From assembly GCA_913050205.1 (NCBI GenBank), contig CAJXAU010000001.1, positions 1 through 30,351 on the forward strand: a stretch of DNA of 30,351 bases, given 5' to 3'. Source of the stretch: an uncultured Verrucomicrobiota bacterium. Its GTDB lineage: Bacteria > Verrucomicrobiota > Verrucomicrobiia > Limisphaerales > UBA1096. Positions 27,609-30,351 of the stretch are shown here, piece after piece. Within the stretch, counting starts at the first letter, position 1. Every line of letters begins with the position of its first letter. Position numbers and translations under genes: made by a program. The notes beneath the pieces are model-generated. The model was not told the origin of the DNA, searched no databases, and saw only the letters and a list, made by a program, of their open reading frames with translations.

Positions 27609-28865
27609 CTAGGAAAACAGTTCGTTGAGGTTGCGCTTGGCGTTGGAGAATCGATCCACCTCCATACCCATTTGCTGCATTAGCGTGATGTACAGGTCGC
27701 CCAGCAACGGCGCGCCATCCGCCTTGGGGTCAATCGCAACGTGGCTACCGTGCCGGAAACCGCCACCCGCCACCACGGTTGGCAGGTCATTGTTCGTGTG
27801 GTCGCTCGCGTTGCCCATGCCGGTGCCCATCATCACGATCGTGCTATCCAGCAACGGGCGCCCCTCGGCATCGGTCTTGGCCTTGAGTTGCGAAATGAAA
27901 TTCTCGAGACATTTCATATGCTCCACCTCCACGCGAACGAGATCCTGAATTTTCTCCCCGTCATTTCCGTGGTGCGACAGCGCATGGTAACCAGCCTGTA
28001 ACGTCTCGCCACCGATCGTGAACACCTGCCCCAGCCCGGCGAGGAACATCGTCATCACTCGTGTCGAATCCGTCTCCAGCGCCAATGCCATCAAGTCGTA
28101 CATCAACTGCTCCGCCTCTATCATCAGGTTCGGCGCGATCGGGTCGTAGCCCGGCAGTTTGTAGTCCGTCTTGGGCAGCGGCAGGTCAATCCCGTTCAAC
28201 TGGCGGGTCATCCGTTTTTCCACCTCGCGTACGGAGCCGAAATACTCGTCCAACTTGTGTCGATCACGGGCAGACACCCTGCCCTGCAGTCGCTTGGCTT
28301 CGTTCCGAACAAGGTCCAGCGAACTTCGCCCGCTTTTGAGCAGGTACTCCGTGTGCGCCCGATCTGCCGCCGAGGCGAACAGTTTATTATAAAAAACAGA
28401 CGGCCGCTGGATCATCGGCAGTGCCACCCCGTCATGATTGTAACTCATGAACCGGCTCGCTTGGCCTGCCGTGAGTTGGATCGACTCGAATCGAGTCGCT
28501 TGGCCAAGCGCACGCGCAACAATCTGGTCCAGAGACACCTTGCCAACCTTTTGGCCGCAAAGGTAGTTCGCCCACTCGCCATGGCCATGCTTGGCCCGGT
28601 GGTCGAGTCCGGAGAAAATCGTGAAATCACCGCGATGGCCGGCCAAGGGCTGAAGCGTCTGCGACATCGTGTAGCCGCGCCCGGTTTCCTTCGGGTAGAT
28701 GGCTTCCTGATGAAAACCGAGATAACCGCCCACGCAAACCAAGCGCTTGGCCTTGGCCCCACCAGACGCAGCACCCAGCACAGGCACCGACTCCAGCATC
28801 GGAAGCGCCAGCGACACTCCGGTTGCCTTCAGGAAACGACGTCGATCAGTCTTGTTCTCCAGCAT
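27609..28865 (-). CDS. DUF1552 (HXXSHH) family protein, probable Tat substrate
   Basis: RRRFLK...LALPMLES signal, SLDQIVA, D.YF.SVREVEKR, LALETDSTRV.T, HALSHH and LLDSTIV..GTGM...H...DLP.VVAGG. GGAG ribosome-binding site before ATG 28865. Confidence 0.9.
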   Translation of the reverse strand: MLENKTDRRRFLKATGVSLALPMLESVPVLGAASGGAKAKRLVCVGGYLGFHQEAIYPKETGRGYTMSQTLQPLAGHRGDFTIFSGLDHRAKHGHGEWANYLCGQKVGKVSLDQIVARALGQATRFESIQLTAGQASRFMSYNHDGVALPMIQRPSVFYNKLFASAADRAHTEYLLKSGRSSLDLVRNEAKRLQGRVSARDRHKLDEYFGSVREVEKRMTRQLNGIDLPLPKTDYKLPGYDPIAPNLMIEAEQLMYDLMALALETDSTRVMTMFLAGLGQVFTIGGETLQAGYHALSHHGNDGEKIQDLVRVEVEHMKCLENFISQLKAKTDAEGRPLLDSTIVMMGTGMGNASDHTNNDLPTVVAGGGFRHGSHVAIDPKADGAPLLGDLYITLMQQMGMEVDRFSNAKRNLNELFS

Positions 28866-28924
28866 ACGCAAACTCCTTGGTCGCGCGGATCATCCCCCTC
28901 CCGGCCGGTAACGTCAAACCGCGA

Positions 28925-29635
28925 TTACTCATTTTCAACCCCAAACAATCGGTTGAATTCAGCACGAATGTTGTCGTGTAATTCCTGCTCCCAAACGATC
29001 CCGGGAATCTCGATGCGCTTGGATTTCATACGCATGTCATAAGGTGAAATTACGGCTGTGACGTTCAGCTTCCCGACCTCGGAAACCATCAGGAACAACT
29101 CCTCAATCCCGGCGTCGCCAATCGGTATGCAACCGATAGTTGCCGAGCCGCCGTGAATGAAAATATCGAACCCCAAACGATCACGACCATCAGCCTTGCC
29201 CTTGGCCTTGTCGAATGCATTGGGGTAATTCAACTTCATCGACAGGTGAAACTGGCTGTTCGGGTTGAGGTATTCGATCGCGTAAATCCCCTCCGGAATC
29301 TGCCCGTCCCCCTCCCGCAACTTCGGCCCCGGGCCACCACTGAACCCGGTGATCGGGTAACGCTTAATCAATTCCAATTCGCCCGATTTTAGTCGCCCCC
29401 ATACTTCCAGCATTCGCTCCTCCTTTAACCCGAGTAAAACCAGTTCACTCCACTTGCCAGAATCAAATGCGAACGGACGATCGAAACGGATCTCCGTAAC
29501 CGCCTGCTCGACCGACTTAGCTCCCGTCAGTTTCACCCAGACCGGCCGCCAAGCCGATTTACCGAAATAATAAAACGACAGCCCCGCCAACAGCAGGACG
29601 AAAAACCAAGCCGACTTGTTTTTAAACACTGTCAC
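28925..29635 (-). CDS. L,D-transpeptidase (YkuD) family protein of the YafK/DpaA-like type
   Basis: N-terminal transmembrane helix; GPKLREGDGQIPEGIY, NPNSQFHLSMKLNYPN and the catalytic IFIHGGSATIGC motif (His...Cys). Confidence 0.87.
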   Translation of the reverse strand: MTVFKNKSAWFFVLLLAGLSFYYFGKSAWRPVWVKLTGAKSVEQAVTEIRFDRPFAFDSGKWSELVLLGLKEERMLEVWGRLKSGELELIKRYPITGFSGGPGPKLREGDGQIPEGIYAIEYLNPNSQFHLSMKLNYPNAFDKAKGKADGRDRLGFDIFIHGGSATIGCIPIGDAGIEELFLMVSEVGKLNVTAVISPYDMRMKSKRIEIPGIVWEQELHDNIRAEFNRLFGVENE

Positions 29636-29788
29636 TTCCGCTCATCGATGGATTTCACGCCGCGATACCTCAGAATACGCCGAGAAGCCGAATCCAAATG
29701 CCAGCCTAAGGACGGCTGATACCACTTCCATCTGCAGCGCACCTTGTTCGGCGATCGGTACTTACCACCCGCTTGGCCAAGCGGAGGG

Positions 29789-30351
29789 TTAGGCCAACAG
29801 TTCAGGGAGGATGGCCGTGCTGTCGGCGAAGCGGTTGGTGACGCCGGTTTGTTGGAGCATGGTGGCGAAGACGTTTGCGAATGGTGTGTCCTCACCGTAT
29901 TTGAGGTACTGACCATGCTTGAAGCCAAGGCCGCGACCGCCAGCGAGCACGAGCGGGTAATTCTTGTTCGTGTGCGTGGTACTGTTGCTGCAGCCGTAGA
30001 TGATGGTGGTCTGGTCGAGCAATGTTGCATCGCTCTCCGGGCCAGCCGGCGTGTTGCGCATGCGATCCAGAAAGGTCACGAATTGCTCCGCGAGAAAACG
30101 ATCCCATTTGCCCAGTGCCTCGGCGCCCTCGGCCTTGTTCCAGTCGTGGGCCAAGCCGTGAAGGTGTTTGCCGATACCCAGCAGTTGCGGGAACTTGCCA
30201 CCCAGCGTAGTCGCATCTCCCATGCTGGCAATCTGGTAGGTGGCCACGCGGGTGGAGTCGGTCATGAACGCAAGGTGCATCAACTCGTACATGGTGGCCA
30301 CGTACTCGGTTGGCACTTTTGAGTCGGCGTCAAGTTGAAGTCGTTCGCGGT
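29789..30351 (-). CDS. Second DUF1552 family protein, C-terminal part (5' end outside the window)
   Basis: The frame is open to the window end (RERLQLDADSKVPTEY...). Motifs LAFMTDSTRVAT, LLDQTTIIYGCSNSTTHTNKNYPLVLAGG, FKHGQ and ANVFATMLQ. Confidence 0.85.
   Translation of the reverse strand, partial: RERLQLDADSKVPTEYVATMYELMHLAFMTDSTRVATYQIASMGDATTLGGKFPQLLGIGKHLHGLAHDWNKAEGAEALGKWDRFLAEQFVTFLDRMRNTPAGPESDATLLDQTTIIYGCSNSTTHTNKNYPLVLAGGRGLGFKHGQYLKYGEDTPFANVFATMLQQTGVTNRFADSTAILPELLA

Larger units (their letters stand above)
253..29784. repeat. Dispersed highly iterated palindrome CGCTTGGCCAAGCG (core CTTGGCCAAG)
   Basis: Hand-counted exact 10-bp cores start at 255, 283, 2432, 2525, 2608, 5438, 5451, 7373, 7997, 9981, 11296, 11329, 13859, 13935, 15602, 17021, 17033, 18824, 20017, 20155, 20404, 22847, 22982, 23075, 24820, 25590, 25809, 26142, 26912, 27037, 28499 and 29772. 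Exact 14-mers start at 253, 5449, 9979, 18822, 20015, 24818, 25807, 27035, 28497 and 29770. Many degenerate copies also occur. Confidence 0.97.

Noticed and set aside
253-29784. The iterated palindrome as an adapter, assembly or polishing artefact
   Set aside because: Copies sit in frame in conserved genes without frameshifts, use all three frames and show graded degeneracy. Read-level checking is still advisable.

Overview
The window looks like a GC-rich (~60% by eye) PVC-superphylum chromosome segment, probably Verrucomicrobiota (inferred from the FtsZ tail, a LysM gene inside the dcw cluster, and planctomycete-type DUF1553/DUF1501/DUF1592/DUF1552 genes). From left to right it holds: the 5' end of a Lys/Ala-rich histone-like ORF; an FGE/SUMF1-family lipoprotein; and a tightly coupled minus-strand dcw operon (mraZ-orphan-rsmH-ftsL-ftsI-murF-mraY-murD-LysM-ftsW-murG-murB-ddl-ftsQ-ftsA-ftsZ). 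After that come divergent queA plus a RibD-C-like reductase, a DUF1553/DUF1501 pair, a DUF1552/DUF1592 pair, an L,D-transpeptidase-family gene and a second, partial DUF1552. The strongest signal that these genes do not explain is a highly iterated palindrome, CGCTTGGCCAAGCG. By hand I count about 32 exact copies of its 10-bp core CTTGGCCAAG (~1 per kb) and 10 exact 14-mers. Copies lie between genes and inside conserved genes in all three reading frames, and sometimes form 12-bp-period tandems, which resembles a HIP-like genome-wide DNA signal. Also notable: the dcw operon lacks murC and murE at seamless junctions, MurD and FtsZ have lost several canonical residues, an orphan gene is coupled to mraZ, five 10-bp-phased MraZ-type boxes overlap the promoter, and a near-consensus NrdR-type box sits inside the operon. 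No RNA genes, mobile elements or CRISPR arrays were found. All counts and alignments were done by eye.
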